Source: an uncultured Candidatus Saccharibacteria bacterium
GTDB lineage: Bacteria > Patescibacteriota > Minisyncoccia > Minisyncoccales > JAGGXC01
NCBI GenBank assembly: GCA_964445905.1
Contig: CAYUNN010000007.1
Span: 1-63,061 of the forward strand
Reading direction: 5' to 3'
DNA length: 63,061 nt
Below are positions 1 through 8,977 of this stretch, one piece after another. The notes under the pieces are model-generated. The model saw only the letters and a program-made list of their open reading frames with translations, was not told the DNA's origin and did not search any database. The stretch's first letter is position 1; each line of letters opens with the position of its first letter. A program made the translations under genes and the position numbers.

Positions 1-94
1 AATTTTTGCCCGCCAGCCTTCCGCGCCAAAGGCGCGACTAGAATTCCGCATTCGGATTTTCCTTAAAGTAAGTTCGGATTTTGGCCAAGAGAGA

Positions 95-152
95 CAGCAT
101 AACAGTACGATTCGCATTTTGGCATTGTGATATCGCCTCGTCGCTTCGCGAC
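95..152. repeat. Left arm of 58-bp inverted repeat
   Basis: Reverse complement of 1659-1716 with one mismatch (c136 vs t). A second 16-nt IR block lies at 172-187 / 1631-1646. Confidence 0.9.
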
Positions 153-225
153 ACGTCCCGCTTTGCGGGATACAGGCAAATTTCCGAATTAAAATTTTTA
201 ACAAAGATAAAAATTTTTAAAATAT

Positions 226-1725
226 ATGAAATACTTTATCTATGCAAGAAAATCAACCGATGAACCAGAAAGGCAAATCCTTTCCATTGAAGCTCAAATT
301 GAAGAATTGAGAGAATTCGCAAATAAGGAAGGGTTGGAAGTAGTAAAGACATACATAGAATCACGAACTGCCAAAGAGCCAGGCAGACCAATCTTCAATG
401 AAATGCTTTCTGAAATAGAGAAAGACAAGGCTTCGGGAATTTTAGCCTGGCATCCTGACAGATTGGCAAGAAATAGTATAGATGGAGGAAAAATAATATA
501 TCTCATTGATACAAATAAAATACAAAGCCTAAAATTCCCAACTTTCTGGTTCGAGGACACTCCTCAAGGAAAATTCATGCTGAACATTGCTTTTGGGCAA
601 AGTAAATATTATATAGATAATCTTTCAGAGAATGTAAAAAGAGGCTTAAGGCAGAAAGCTAGAAAAGGAGAAGCTTCCGGGGTAGCTCCTACAGGATACC
701 TAAATAACAGGCTAACCAAGAAAATGGCAAAAGATCCTGAAAGGTTTAAATTGGTAAAAAAACTTTTCAAGCTTTATGCAACTGGCAAGTATTCTCTGAA
801 AGAGATAAGGGAAATAATAACAGAGGAAGGATTGAGAAGCAGAAATAACAAGGTATTGTCTAAAAGCAATATACGGATGATTTTACAGAATCCATTCTAC
901 TACGGAGCCTTTCTTTCCAATGGAGAGCTTTTTCAGGGAACACATCCGCCAGCCATATCAAAGAAACTTTTTGACAAAGCGCAAAATATCCTCAAAGAAA
1001 AATCCAGGCCGAAGAAAAGAAGCGAGAAGGTATATGCTTTTCGGGGGATACTAAAGTGCGGGGAATGTGGTTGCGCAATTACTTCTGAAATTCAAAAAGG
1101 CCACACTTACTACAGGTGCACAAAAAAGCGCATCTCCTGCTTTCAAAAATACATTCGCGAAGAAGACCTGGATGAACAAATAAAAACTGTTCTTCGAAAA
1201 GTTTCTTTGCCAGACATTTGGAAAGAAGAAATGATAAGAAAGCTTGAAAAAGAAAAACAAGAAGATGAAAGAACCGGCTTTGCTTTTTCTCAAAATCTAA
1301 AAGCTCAAATTAAGAAATGCAATGCCAAGCTGGACAAGCTATTGGATAACCAGCTTGAAGAGATAATTACCAAAAAGGAATACATTGAGAAAAAGAAAGA
1401 ATTGTTAAATAAAAAGATTGAGCTTTCCCAAAGGCTCAAAGATTTTGAGAAAAAAGGCTCTTCATGGCTCGAACCTGCAAAAAGGTTTATTTTGGAGACA
1501 AATCAGGTTCAAAATGCAATAAACAGCAATAATCCCAAAGAAAGAGCCAGATATCTTCAAAAAGCCGGCTCGAACCTTGTTTTGTTGGATTCCAAAATCA
1601 AATATTTCCCACGGGGCCCGTGGGAAATACTCGGAAATTTGCCTGTTTTGGAAGCCGAGTCGCGAAGCGACGAGACGATATCACAATGCCAAAATGCGAA
1701 TCGTACTGTTATGCTGCGGGGCTAG
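226..1725 (+). CDS. Large serine recombinase (resolvase catalytic domain + recombinase domain + zinc ribbon + coiled coil)
   Basis: The N-terminus YARKSTDEPERQ...AWHPDRLARN fits the resolvase/invertase catalytic domain. CGECGC..YYRC looks like a zinc ribbon, and the C-terminal part is coiled-coil rich. 499 aa; the last ~20 codons are encoded by the right IR. Confidence 0.85.
   Translation: MKYFIYARKSTDEPERQILSIEAQIEELREFANKEGLEVVKTYIESRTAKEPGRPIFNEMLSEIEKDKASGILAWHPDRLARNSIDGGKIIYLIDTNKIQSLKFPTFWFEDTPQGKFMLNIAFGQSKYYIDNLSENVKRGLRQKARKGEASGVAPTGYLNNRLTKKMAKDPERFKLVKKLFKLYATGKYSLKEIREIITEEGLRSRNNKVLSKSNIRMILQNPFYYGAFLSNGELFQGTHPPAISKKLFDKAQNILKEKSRPKKRSEKVYAFRGILKCGECGCAITSEIQKGHTYYRCTKKRISCFQKYIREEDLDEQIKTVLRKVSLPDIWKEEMIRKLEKEKQEDERTGFAFSQNLKAQIKKCNAKLDKLLDNQLEEIITKKEYIEKKKELLNKKIELSQRLKDFEKKGSSWLEPAKRFILETNQVQNAINSNNPKERARYLQKAGSNLVLLDSKIKYFPRGPWEILGNLPVLEAESRSDETISQCQNANRTVMLRG
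1659..1716. repeat. Right arm of 58-bp inverted repeat
   Basis: See left arm. It overlaps the recombinase C-terminal codons and 3 nt of the tRNA-Gln 3' end. Confidence 0.9.
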
Positions 1726-1784
1726 GATTCGAACCTAGATAGACAGTTCCAAAAACTGTTGTCCTACCATTAGACGACCCCGCA
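1714..1784 (-). tRNA. tRNA-Gln (UUG)
   Basis: Hand-folded 71-nt cloverleaf: acceptor TGCGGGG/CCCCGCA, D stem GTCT/GGAC, anticodon stem ACAGT/ACTGT with loop TTTTGGA, T arm CTAGG-TTCGAAT-CCTAG. No encoded CCA. Confidence 0.85.
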
Positions 1785-1933
1785 ATATTTTGACTAATAT
1801 TAGCAGTTTTTTCTAATTTTTTCAACCCGCACAACCCAAAAAGAAGAAAATTATAATCATTAAAAAACCTATTCCAAAAAAAGAGCTTCGAATAGCTCTT
1901 TTTAATTAACATTAAGTGATTTTCTGTTAAAAC

Positions 1934-3052
1934 TCAATTGTCCATATTTTCTACAGCTTGCACCAAAGCAAGCTCCAGGGGCAACTGAGCAATGGAAGAA
2001 TATCTCATTTTAGTTTCTGCTTCTAAAAACAAATCTAGCATATCACGTATCTTTTTCTCCGAAAAAGATTCAATCTGTTTTTTAAGCCTTTCTTTTTCTT
2101 CATCAGTCAGGCTTGAAACAAAAGGGTCTTCAAAATCAAGGCTGATTTTCAAAAGCAACGCCTGCCTCAAGTAATTTATAAGGGCAGATAAAAATTCTTG
2201 AGGATCATAACCCTCATTGAAAGTTTCATTTAAAAAATCAAGCGCTCCTTTGCTGTCTTTATTAATTATAAAATCAACAAACTTACCAACTATTTCTACT
2301 TCAACCGCTCCAAGAAGCTCTCGGATATTTTCTGTTTTAATTTCCTTGCCTTCGCCTGAAAAAGTTAAAACCTGGTCTAAAAACCCTTCGGCATCTCTTA
2401 CCGATCCCTCAGAATTAAGAGCAATTAAATTAAGAGCCTTGTCTTCAATTTTTATCTTTTCTTTTTTAACAATGAACTTCAATTTCTCAATAATTTCGGA
2501 TATTCTTAATTTTCTAAAATCAAATCGCTGACATCGTGAAACAATGGTTCCTATCATTTTATGAGCTTCGGTAGTAGCTAAAATAAAAATAGCATGACCG
2601 GGAGGCTCCTCTAAAGTTTTAAGTAATGCATTTGCTGCGTCCTTAGACAGTTGATGGCATTCGTCTATTATAAAAACCTTGTATTTCAGCTTACTGGGAG
2701 CAAAACGAATTCCATTCTTTAAATCTCTTATCTCATCAATCCCTCGATGAGAAGCAGCGTCAATCTCTATTAAATCAATGGCTCTCCCCTTCTCAATTTC
2801 CAAACAAGAGGGACATTTATTGCAAGACTCAAATTCTCCCTCCTTCCTGTTCTCGCAATTAACCGCTTTGGCTAATAAGCGGGCAATAGTAGTTTTTCCG
2901 GTTCCTCTGGGACCAGAAAATAAATAAGCATGGGAAACCATTCCTTCAGAAAGAGCATTTGTTAAAGTTTTAACAACATGACTCTGCCCTACTACCTCAG
3001 AAAAATCAGTGGGACGATATTTTCTATATAAAACTAGGTTTTGCTTTTCCAT
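1934..3052 (-). CDS. dnaX: DNA polymerase III subunit gamma/tau (short form)
   Basis: YRKYRPTDFSEVVGQ, Walker A GPRGTGKTT, zinc module CxxC..C, Walker B IIDECH. Start chosen at MEKQNL (3052); the ORF is open to 3088. Confidence 0.9.
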   Translation of the reverse strand: MEKQNLVLYRKYRPTDFSEVVGQSHVVKTLTNALSEGMVSHAYLFSGPRGTGKTTIARLLAKAVNCENRKEGEFESCNKCPSCLEIEKGRAIDLIEIDAASHRGIDEIRDLKNGIRFAPSKLKYKVFIIDECHQLSKDAANALLKTLEEPPGHAIFILATTEAHKMIGTIVSRCQRFDFRKLRISEIIEKLKFIVKKEKIKIEDKALNLIALNSEGSVRDAEGFLDQVLTFSGEGKEIKTENIRELLGAVEVEIVGKFVDFIINKDSKGALDFLNETFNEGYDPQEFLSALINYLRQALLLKISLDFEDPFVSSLTDEEKERLKKQIESFSEKKIRDMLDLFLEAETKMRYSSIAQLPLELALVQAVENMDN

Positions 3053-3176
3053 GTTTAAATATTCTAGCACAGCCCTATATAACTTCAAATAGTTAACCAG
3101 TTAAATAACAATTGTTATTTAATAAAATAAATAGAACCCATCAAAAAGGGTTCTATTTAAAAAAAAAGGAGAATTA

Positions 3177-3839
3177 CTATTTTTTAAATACAAAGAATTT
3201 AAACCCAGCGAAATTCCAAACAAAAGCAACAAAAGCAGCTATAACAATTGAAATGTTATCCCAGATTCTTTCAGTCAGCTCGAACTGGGGTCCAATATAC
3301 TTTGCAACAAACGTAGCAGCTGCCACGTTAATTACAAGACCAACCAGAGTAACTAAATAAAGCTTGCCGAACTCCTTTGTCTTTGATTCAGAATCTCTTT
3401 TATTAAAAGTCCAGTATTTGTTCCAAAAATAAGAATTTACAGCTCCTGCGCTGAAAGAAATAGCCTTAATTGCAGCAAACATTGAAGCTCCAACGGTTAT
3501 AGATAGAAAAACAACGCTACTGCTAGCCTCAAAGACTGCAGGGAAAACAGCGGGCAGCATAACAAAATACAATAAGTTAAAAAGTCCGAGATCAACTAAT
3601 GTATTCAAAACTCCAGCCAGGAAACACTTTGCTATCTGAAAAAGAACTGGTATTTTACGAGCCATAATATGGGCAATAAAAATCATAGCTAAAGAGCCAG
3701 CAGGAAGAAGAAAGAATAAAATAAAAGGATATCTCCCAATAATAGGTATTTCCCATTCAATAAAATTTAGAATAAAGGTTCCTATTAAGGCGGAAGCTAA
3801 ACCAATAATTATAGAAGCTAAAATATCATTTTTCTTCAT
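3177..3839 (-). CDS. GtrA-like polytopic membrane protein
   Basis: Multiple TM helices and the GtrA-type signature NSYFWNKYWTFNKR. Confidence 0.55.
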   Translation of the reverse strand: MKKNDILASIIIGLASALIGTFILNFIEWEIPIIGRYPFILFFLLPAGSLAMIFIAHIMARKIPVLFQIAKCFLAGVLNTLVDLGLFNLLYFVMLPAVFPAVFEASSSVVFLSITVGASMFAAIKAISFSAGAVNSYFWNKYWTFNKRDSESKTKEFGKLYLVTLVGLVINVAAATFVAKYIGPQFELTERIWDNISIVIAAFVAFVWNFAGFKFFVFKK

Positions 3840-3936
3840 ATTTTTTAAAATAATTTATTATTAATATTATTTATTGTATCACAATAAGAATATAAAAATA
3901 AGGTGTGAAAAACTAAAAGATTGTGATAAAATAAAA

Positions 3937-5373
3937 ATGATGATAAAAGTTCACAATACTCAATCAGGGAAAAAAGAAGAATTAAAACCTTTCAAAGAAA
4001 AAAAGGTAAATCTTTTTGTTTGCGGACCAACGGTTTACGATTTTTCCCATATTGGACATGCTAGAACATATATTATTTTTGACGTAATTGTAAATTACCT
4101 TAAAAATCAAGGATACAAAGTATTCTATCTTCAAAATATAACAGATATTGACGATAAAATTATAAAGAGAGCAAAAGAAAACAATAAAGATTGGAAGGAA
4201 ATTGCCGAAAAGTTTGAAAAAGAACATAAAAATGACATGGAAGCTCTTAATATAAAAAGCGTAAGCAAATACGCCAGAGCAACTGACCATATCAAAGAAA
4301 TAGAAAGCCAAGTCAAAAGATTGATAGAAAAAGGATTCGCCTATCAATTAGAAGACGGGATTTATTATGATATCAGCAAATTCAAAGATTACGGAAAATT
4401 ATCAAAAAGAAAAGCAGAAAAAGCAGAAGACGCAGTTTCAAGAATTGATAAAAATAAAAACAAAAGAAACAAAGGGGATTTTTGCCTCTGGAAATTTTCA
4501 AAACCGAACGAACCTAGCTGGCCAAGCAGTCTTGGTCAAGGAAGGCCTGGCTGGCACATAGAAGATACCGCTATTACCGAAAAAAAATTCGGCCCCCAGT
4601 ATGATATTCACGGAGGGGCAAGAGACTTAATCTTTCCTCATCATGAAGCAGAGATAAGCCAAATGGAAGCAATATCAAATAAGAAACCGATGGTAAAATA
4701 TTGGATGCACACCGGATTCCTAAGAGTAGAAGGACAAAAAATGTCCAAGTCTTTAGGAAACTTTATAACCGTAAAAGAATTTCTAAAAAATCATTCTTCT
4801 AGCCTTCTCAGATTTCTTATTATTAAAAGCCATTATCGTTCTCCCGTAAATTATAGTGAAGCAAAATTAAATAAGATAAGAAAAGAAATAGAAAGAATAG
4901 AAGAATTTGTTAGTAAAATCAAAGAAATTAAAAATAAAAACAAAGAGAATAAAGAAGTTGAAATCATTTTAGAAGAAACAAGAAAAGAGTTCCAGGAATC
5001 AATGAATGACGACTTTAACACTCCAAAGGCTATTGCTTCTATTTTTAATTTAATTAGCAAGGGAAATAAATTAATTAATCAAAATAAAATAAGCTCTTCT
5101 GAAGCAAAGGAAATTATAAAACTACTAAAAGAAATTGATAGCATTTTAAAAATAAACTTAACAATATCTCATTATAAAGAAAATATAACAGATAAGATAA
5201 AATTAGAAGATAAAGCATTGGCAAAAGTTAAAAAATTAACTCAAAAAAGAGAAAACCAAAGAAAAAACAAAGAATGGCAAAAAGCCGATAAGACAAGAAA
5301 AGAAATAGAAGAATTAGGATATAGAATAAAAGATACTAAAGAAGGACCTAAAATTAAAAAAATAATCAAATAA
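3937..5373 (+). CDS. cysS: Cysteinyl-tRNA synthetase
   Basis: CGPTVYDFSHIGHARTY (HIGH region) and KMSKSLGN. Start placed at the MMIKVHNT Met (3937); the ORF is open from 3874. Confidence 0.9.
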   Translation: MMIKVHNTQSGKKEELKPFKEKKVNLFVCGPTVYDFSHIGHARTYIIFDVIVNYLKNQGYKVFYLQNITDIDDKIIKRAKENNKDWKEIAEKFEKEHKNDMEALNIKSVSKYARATDHIKEIESQVKRLIEKGFAYQLEDGIYYDISKFKDYGKLSKRKAEKAEDAVSRIDKNKNKRNKGDFCLWKFSKPNEPSWPSSLGQGRPGWHIEDTAITEKKFGPQYDIHGGARDLIFPHHEAEISQMEAISNKKPMVKYWMHTGFLRVEGQKMSKSLGNFITVKEFLKNHSSSLLRFLIIKSHYRSPVNYSEAKLNKIRKEIERIEEFVSKIKEIKNKNKENKEVEIILEETRKEFQESMNDDFNTPKAIASIFNLISKGNKLINQNKISSSEAKEIIKLLKEIDSILKINLTISHYKENITDKIKLEDKALAKVKKLTQKRENQRKNKEWQKADKTRKEIEELGYRIKDTKEGPKIKKIIK

Positions 5374-5421
5374 CAATTTCTTGTAAATTGTAATAATTTC
5401 TGCTAAATTCAAGATACAAAG

Positions 5422-6777
5422 ATGGCTAAAAATCAAAATAACAATTTCGAAGTAAACAAAATCCCTCCTCAAGATAAAGAAGCCGAAAGATCATTAATTG
5501 GCTCTTTAATGCTTGATAAAAAAGCAATTTCAAAGGTTGTTGATTTTTTAACTCCAGAAGATTTTTACAGAGACACTAACAAGAAAATATATGAGGCAAT
5601 GGTAGATTTATTTGAAAAACAGGAGCCAATCGACCTTTTATCTATTACTACCCGCTTAAAGGAAAAAAAGGAATTGAAAAATGTAGGAGGATCATCCTAT
5701 TTATCAGAATGCGTAAATTCTGTCCCTACCGCTTCTCATGTTTTAAACTACGCAAAAATAATTCAAAAGAAAAGAATTCTAAGAGACTTGATCGGTGCTT
5801 CTTATGATATAGGAGAGCTTGGCTACAATGAAAAAGAAGATATCGATGTAACACTAGATAAAGCAGAAAAAAGGATATTCAGCGTAGCCCAGCAAAGCCT
5901 AACCCAATCTTTCGCCGCAGTAAAAGACAACTTAGAAGAAGCTTTTAGAAGAATAGACATGCTTTCAAAAAATAAGAATGCGATCAGAGGAGCTTCTACC
6001 GGATTTGTTGATTTAGATAAAATAACAGCAGGGTTTCAAAAATCAAACTTTATAATCTTAGCCGGAAGACCAAGTTTGGGTAAGAGTTCTCTTGCTCTTG
6101 ATTTTGCAAGAAATATTGCCACTCATGAAAATACCCCCGTAGGAATCTTCAGCTTAGAAATGTCAACCGATCAAATAGTAGATAGGCTTATTGCTAGCGA
6201 GTCTAATGTTGACCTTTGGAAAATAAGAACGGGCTATCTTTCTGATTCTGGAGAAAACAATGATTTTGTAAAAATACAAAGATCTTTAGACACCTTAAGC
6301 CAGGCTCCTATATATATTGATGACGCTGCTAATATTAACATACTCCAGATGAGAGCAATGGCCAGGAGGCTCCAAGCGGAAAAAGGCCTCGGCTTAATAA
6401 TTATTGATTATATTCAACTTATTGAACCAAAAAGCTCTTTTGATTCAATCGTCCGTCAGGTAACTGAAGTTTCAAGATCATTAAAAGGATTAGCTAAGGA
6501 ATTAAACGTTCCCGTTCTAGCTTTATCTCAATTGTCTCGAGCAGTTGAACAAAGAACGCCTCAAGTACCAAGATTGTCTGACCTTAGAGAATCAGGCGCT
6601 CTTGAGCAGGACGCAGACGTAGTAATGTTTATTCATAGAGAAGATCGTTATAGGCCTGAAACTTCAAGAAAAAATATTGCCGATATTATAGTAGCAAAAC
6701 ATCGTAACGGACCCATAGGCAAGGTAGAACTATTCTTTAACGAAAGACTTGCTTCTTTTAGAAACCTAGAAAAGTAA
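5422..6777 (+). CDS. dnaB: Replicative DNA helicase DnaB
   Basis: N-terminal PPQDKEAERSLIGSL, Walker A GRPSLGKSS, Walker B IIDYIQL, ALSQLSR, and the C-terminal KHRNGP. Confidence 0.92.
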   Translation: MAKNQNNNFEVNKIPPQDKEAERSLIGSLMLDKKAISKVVDFLTPEDFYRDTNKKIYEAMVDLFEKQEPIDLLSITTRLKEKKELKNVGGSSYLSECVNSVPTASHVLNYAKIIQKKRILRDLIGASYDIGELGYNEKEDIDVTLDKAEKRIFSVAQQSLTQSFAAVKDNLEEAFRRIDMLSKNKNAIRGASTGFVDLDKITAGFQKSNFIILAGRPSLGKSSLALDFARNIATHENTPVGIFSLEMSTDQIVDRLIASESNVDLWKIRTGYLSDSGENNDFVKIQRSLDTLSQAPIYIDDAANINILQMRAMARRLQAEKGLGLIIIDYIQLIEPKSSFDSIVRQVTEVSRSLKGLAKELNVPVLALSQLSRAVEQRTPQVPRLSDLRESGALEQDADVVMFIHREDRYRPETSRKNIADIIVAKHRNGPIGKVELFFNERLASFRNLEK

Positions 6778-6789
6778 CAATAAAATTCA

Positions 6790-7404
6790 GTGTATCCAAA
6801 GTCAATCCAAAAACTCATTAAACAATTTTCTAAATTTCCTACTGTCGGCCCCAAAACAGCAGCTCGTTTTGCTTTTTATCTCCTAAATTCTCCCAAAGAA
6901 GAAAATAAAGAATTAATCGAAACGATATCAAGCCTTTCTGAACAAGTAAAAAAATGCTCTTTTTGTTTTAAGCCCTTTGAAGACAAGGGAAGTTTATGCG
7001 AAATATGTTCTAATACTGGCAGAGATAGATCAAAAATATGTATAGTAGAAAAAGAAATTGATCTTAATGTTATCGAAAAAACAAAAAGATACAAAGGATT
7101 ATACTTTATTCTAGGAGGGACTATTTCTCTTAAAAAAGACTCTGAAAAAGATATAAGAACAAAAGAATTAATTGAAAGAATAAAAGATCCTGCTTCTTTT
7201 TATTTATTCAATGCTTCTTTCGAAGAAATAATTATTGCCACTAATCCAACTAGCGAGGGAGAAGCAACAACAGATTTTTTAAAAACAAAACTTTCTCCTT
7301 CTAATAAAAAAATAACCACTTTGGGCCGTGGATTGCCAACGGGCGGAGAGCTTGAATACGCAGACGAAGAAACATTAGAAGAAGCTTTAAATGGAAGAAA
7401 ATAA
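6790..7404 (+). CDS. recR: Recombination protein RecR
   Basis: N-terminal helix-hairpin-helix FPTVGPKTAARFAFYLL, a C4 zinc finger CSFC..CEIC, and a Toprim-like region. GTG start. Confidence 0.88.
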   Translation: MYPKSIQKLIKQFSKFPTVGPKTAARFAFYLLNSPKEENKELIETISSLSEQVKKCSFCFKPFEDKGSLCEICSNTGRDRSKICIVEKEIDLNVIEKTKRYKGLYFILGGTISLKKDSEKDIRTKELIERIKDPASFYLFNASFEEIIIATNPTSEGEATTDFLKTKLSPSNKKITTLGRGLPTGGELEYADEETLEEALNGRK

Positions 7405-7423
7405 TTAACTCCCCTTTTAAAAC

Positions 7424-7474
7424 AAAAAAAGAGCTACTTGTCAAAATAAATAACTTCTTATTTTAACAAGTAGC
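7424..7474 (-). terminator. Long hairpin with a U-run on the minus strand (terminates the rplU transcript; also lies 3' of recR)
   Basis: 9-bp stem gctacttgt/acaagtagc (7433-7441/7466-7474) extended by 7 of 8 A/T pairs. It is followed on the minus strand by T7. Confidence 0.6.
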
Positions 7475-7490
7475 CCTAATAGAAAGGTTT

Positions 7491-7598
7491 TTATAGATCT
7501 AATGAAAATCTCATTAGCTCTTCTTTTCCCTCAGGGTTCAATTCGAATTGTTGCCCCGAAGCTTGGACCATCACCATCTGTCTTCCACCTCCAGACAT
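7491..7598 (-). CDS. Hypothetical 35-aa ORF downstream of rplU (the position where rpmA normally sits)
   Basis: ATG..TAA ORF MSGGGRQMVMVQASGQQFELNPEGKEELMRFSLDL, locally GC-richer and followed by the terminator at 7424-7474. No recognisable family, and it is not L27. Confidence 0.25.
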   Translation of the reverse strand: MSGGGRQMVMVQASGQQFELNPEGKEELMRFSLDL

Positions 7599-7629
7599 AT
7601 TATAACATACAGCTATAATCTGTCAAGGG

Positions 7630-7941
7630 TTAAGCTTCTATTTTCTCTATTTCTACTTCAGTAAAAGACTGACGATGTCCTTTTTTTGATTTCTGTCTTG
7701 TTTTGGGCTTATAGTGGAAAATAATTACCTTATCCCCTTTTCCGTGACTTATAATTTTACCAGTAACCCTAGCTCCTTTTACCAATGGATTGCCGATTTG
7801 TTTTTTGCCATCATTTTCTACTAATAAAACCTCGCTAAAGGTGACTTTTTCACCTTCTTTTTTTTCTATTTTCTCAATTTTTATTTTGTCTCCCGGTTTG
7901 ACAAGATATTGTTTTCCACCGGTTTTAATTACTGCTAACAT
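7630..7941 (-). CDS. rplU: 50S ribosomal protein L21
   Basis: MLAVIKTGGKQYLVKPGD... is a typical L21 N-terminus; 103 aa. Confidence 0.92.
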   Translation of the reverse strand: MLAVIKTGGKQYLVKPGDKIKIEKIEKKEGEKVTFSEVLLVENDGKKQIGNPLVKGARVTGKIISHGKGDKVIIFHYKPKTRQKSKKGHRQSFTEVEIEKIEA

Positions 7942-8938
7942 TTTCTTGTTTTGGTTTACTTATTTTTTTAATTTCATTTATTTTTGATAACCTTTCAGTC
8001 TTTTTCCCGAGCAAAGACAAACGTTTTTCTGATTTCTCATAAGCAGAGGAAGCATCCTTTAAATGTCTTCCAAGCTTTCTAAAGTTGTCCTGTAATTTAT
8101 AAGAATCTTGGTGAACCCTATTTATCTTTTCAATAATTTCCTGTGTTTTTTGAGAGATTTGTATGTTTCTAAACCAGTGCTCAATTGTGCGAAGAGATGA
8201 GTAAAAAGTATTCGGGGAAGAAAAAGTAATCTTTTTTGATTGAGCATAATTTAATAAGTCCATTTCCTTAGCTATTATCTCGTAATAAATAGCTTCTGCT
8301 GGGATATACATCAAGGCATAATCTAGCGTTCCCTCTACAGGTAATATATATTTTGAAGCAATGCTATCTACATTAAACTTTACATCTGCTATAAATTTTT
8401 TGCGATAGAACTTTTCTTCTTCTTCATTTTTTGCTCCTTTCATTTTCTCAAAGTTTATAGAAGAAAATTTAGCATCGATTGGAAGAAGTTTATCGTTAGG
8501 AAGCTTGATCACTGCATCAACCTGTTCTCCGGAAGAAAAAAGATACTGAATTTTGTACAATTCTTTTGGAAAATACTGACCCAAAATATGTCCCAAGCTT
8601 GCTTCTCCCCATTGCCCTCTAAGTTTTGGGGATCGAAAAATTTCCTGAAAAGTTGAAATGTTCTTCATTGTTTCTTGCACGTGTTTCAATTCTTCTTTTA
8701 ATTGAACTGTTTCTCTGGTAAATGAGGATATCTGTTCATGCATTGTTCTAGAAGTTCCGTCCACACTTCCTCTTATCTCTTTTAATTGATCAGTCATAAG
8801 ATCTGTGATTCGCCTTTCTAGATCTTTTATTGAACTATCTTGCTCTTTGTCTGTTTTTGATTTTTTAAGAAATAAAAAAAGAACAATAATAATTAACGTC
8901 AAAAAAAATATGAGAAATGCTAATAACAATTCGCTCAT
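7925..8938 (-). CDS. rmuC: DNA recombination protein RmuC family
   Basis: N-terminal TM helix, a coiled coil, then RGQWGEASLGHIL and IDAKF motifs typical of RmuC. Confidence 0.75.
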   Translation of the reverse strand: MSELLLAFLIFFLTLIIIVLFLFLKKSKTDKEQDSSIKDLERRITDLMTDQLKEIRGSVDGTSRTMHEQISSFTRETVQLKEELKHVQETMKNISTFQEIFRSPKLRGQWGEASLGHILGQYFPKELYKIQYLFSSGEQVDAVIKLPNDKLLPIDAKFSSINFEKMKGAKNEEEEKFYRKKFIADVKFNVDSIASKYILPVEGTLDYALMYIPAEAIYYEIIAKEMDLLNYAQSKKITFSSPNTFYSSLRTIEHWFRNIQISQKTQEIIEKINRVHQDSYKLQDNFRKLGRHLKDASSAYEKSEKRLSLLGKKTERLSKINEIKKISKPKQENVSSN

Positions 8939-8977
8939 TAAAACATGATAACACCCTAGATTTCATTCGTCAATATA

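Larger units (their letters stand above)
95..1716 (+). mobile_element. Inverted-repeat-bounded serine recombinase module (candidate invertible segment or minimal mobile element)
   Basis: 58-bp IRs at 95-152 and 1659-1716 (57/58 by hand alignment) enclose a single large serine recombinase gene. The right end abuts the tRNA-Gln 3' end. Confidence 0.5.

Noticed and set aside
81-263. 60-aa plus-strand ORF upstream of the recombinase
   Set aside because: It is essentially a read-through of the left inverted repeat and AT-rich promoter region. It has no motif, and its C-terminus overlaps the recombinase start in another frame.
1709-1912. 67-aa minus-strand ORF
   Set aside because: It overlaps tRNA-Gln and a low-complexity spacer, and the tRNA explains the region.
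7480-7629. Possible SRP (4.5S) RNA or other known ncRNA downstream of rplU
   Set aside because: I could not find the conserved SRP domain IV motifs or any convincing extended helix by eye. The region is kept only as a low-interest finding pending a covariance-model scan.
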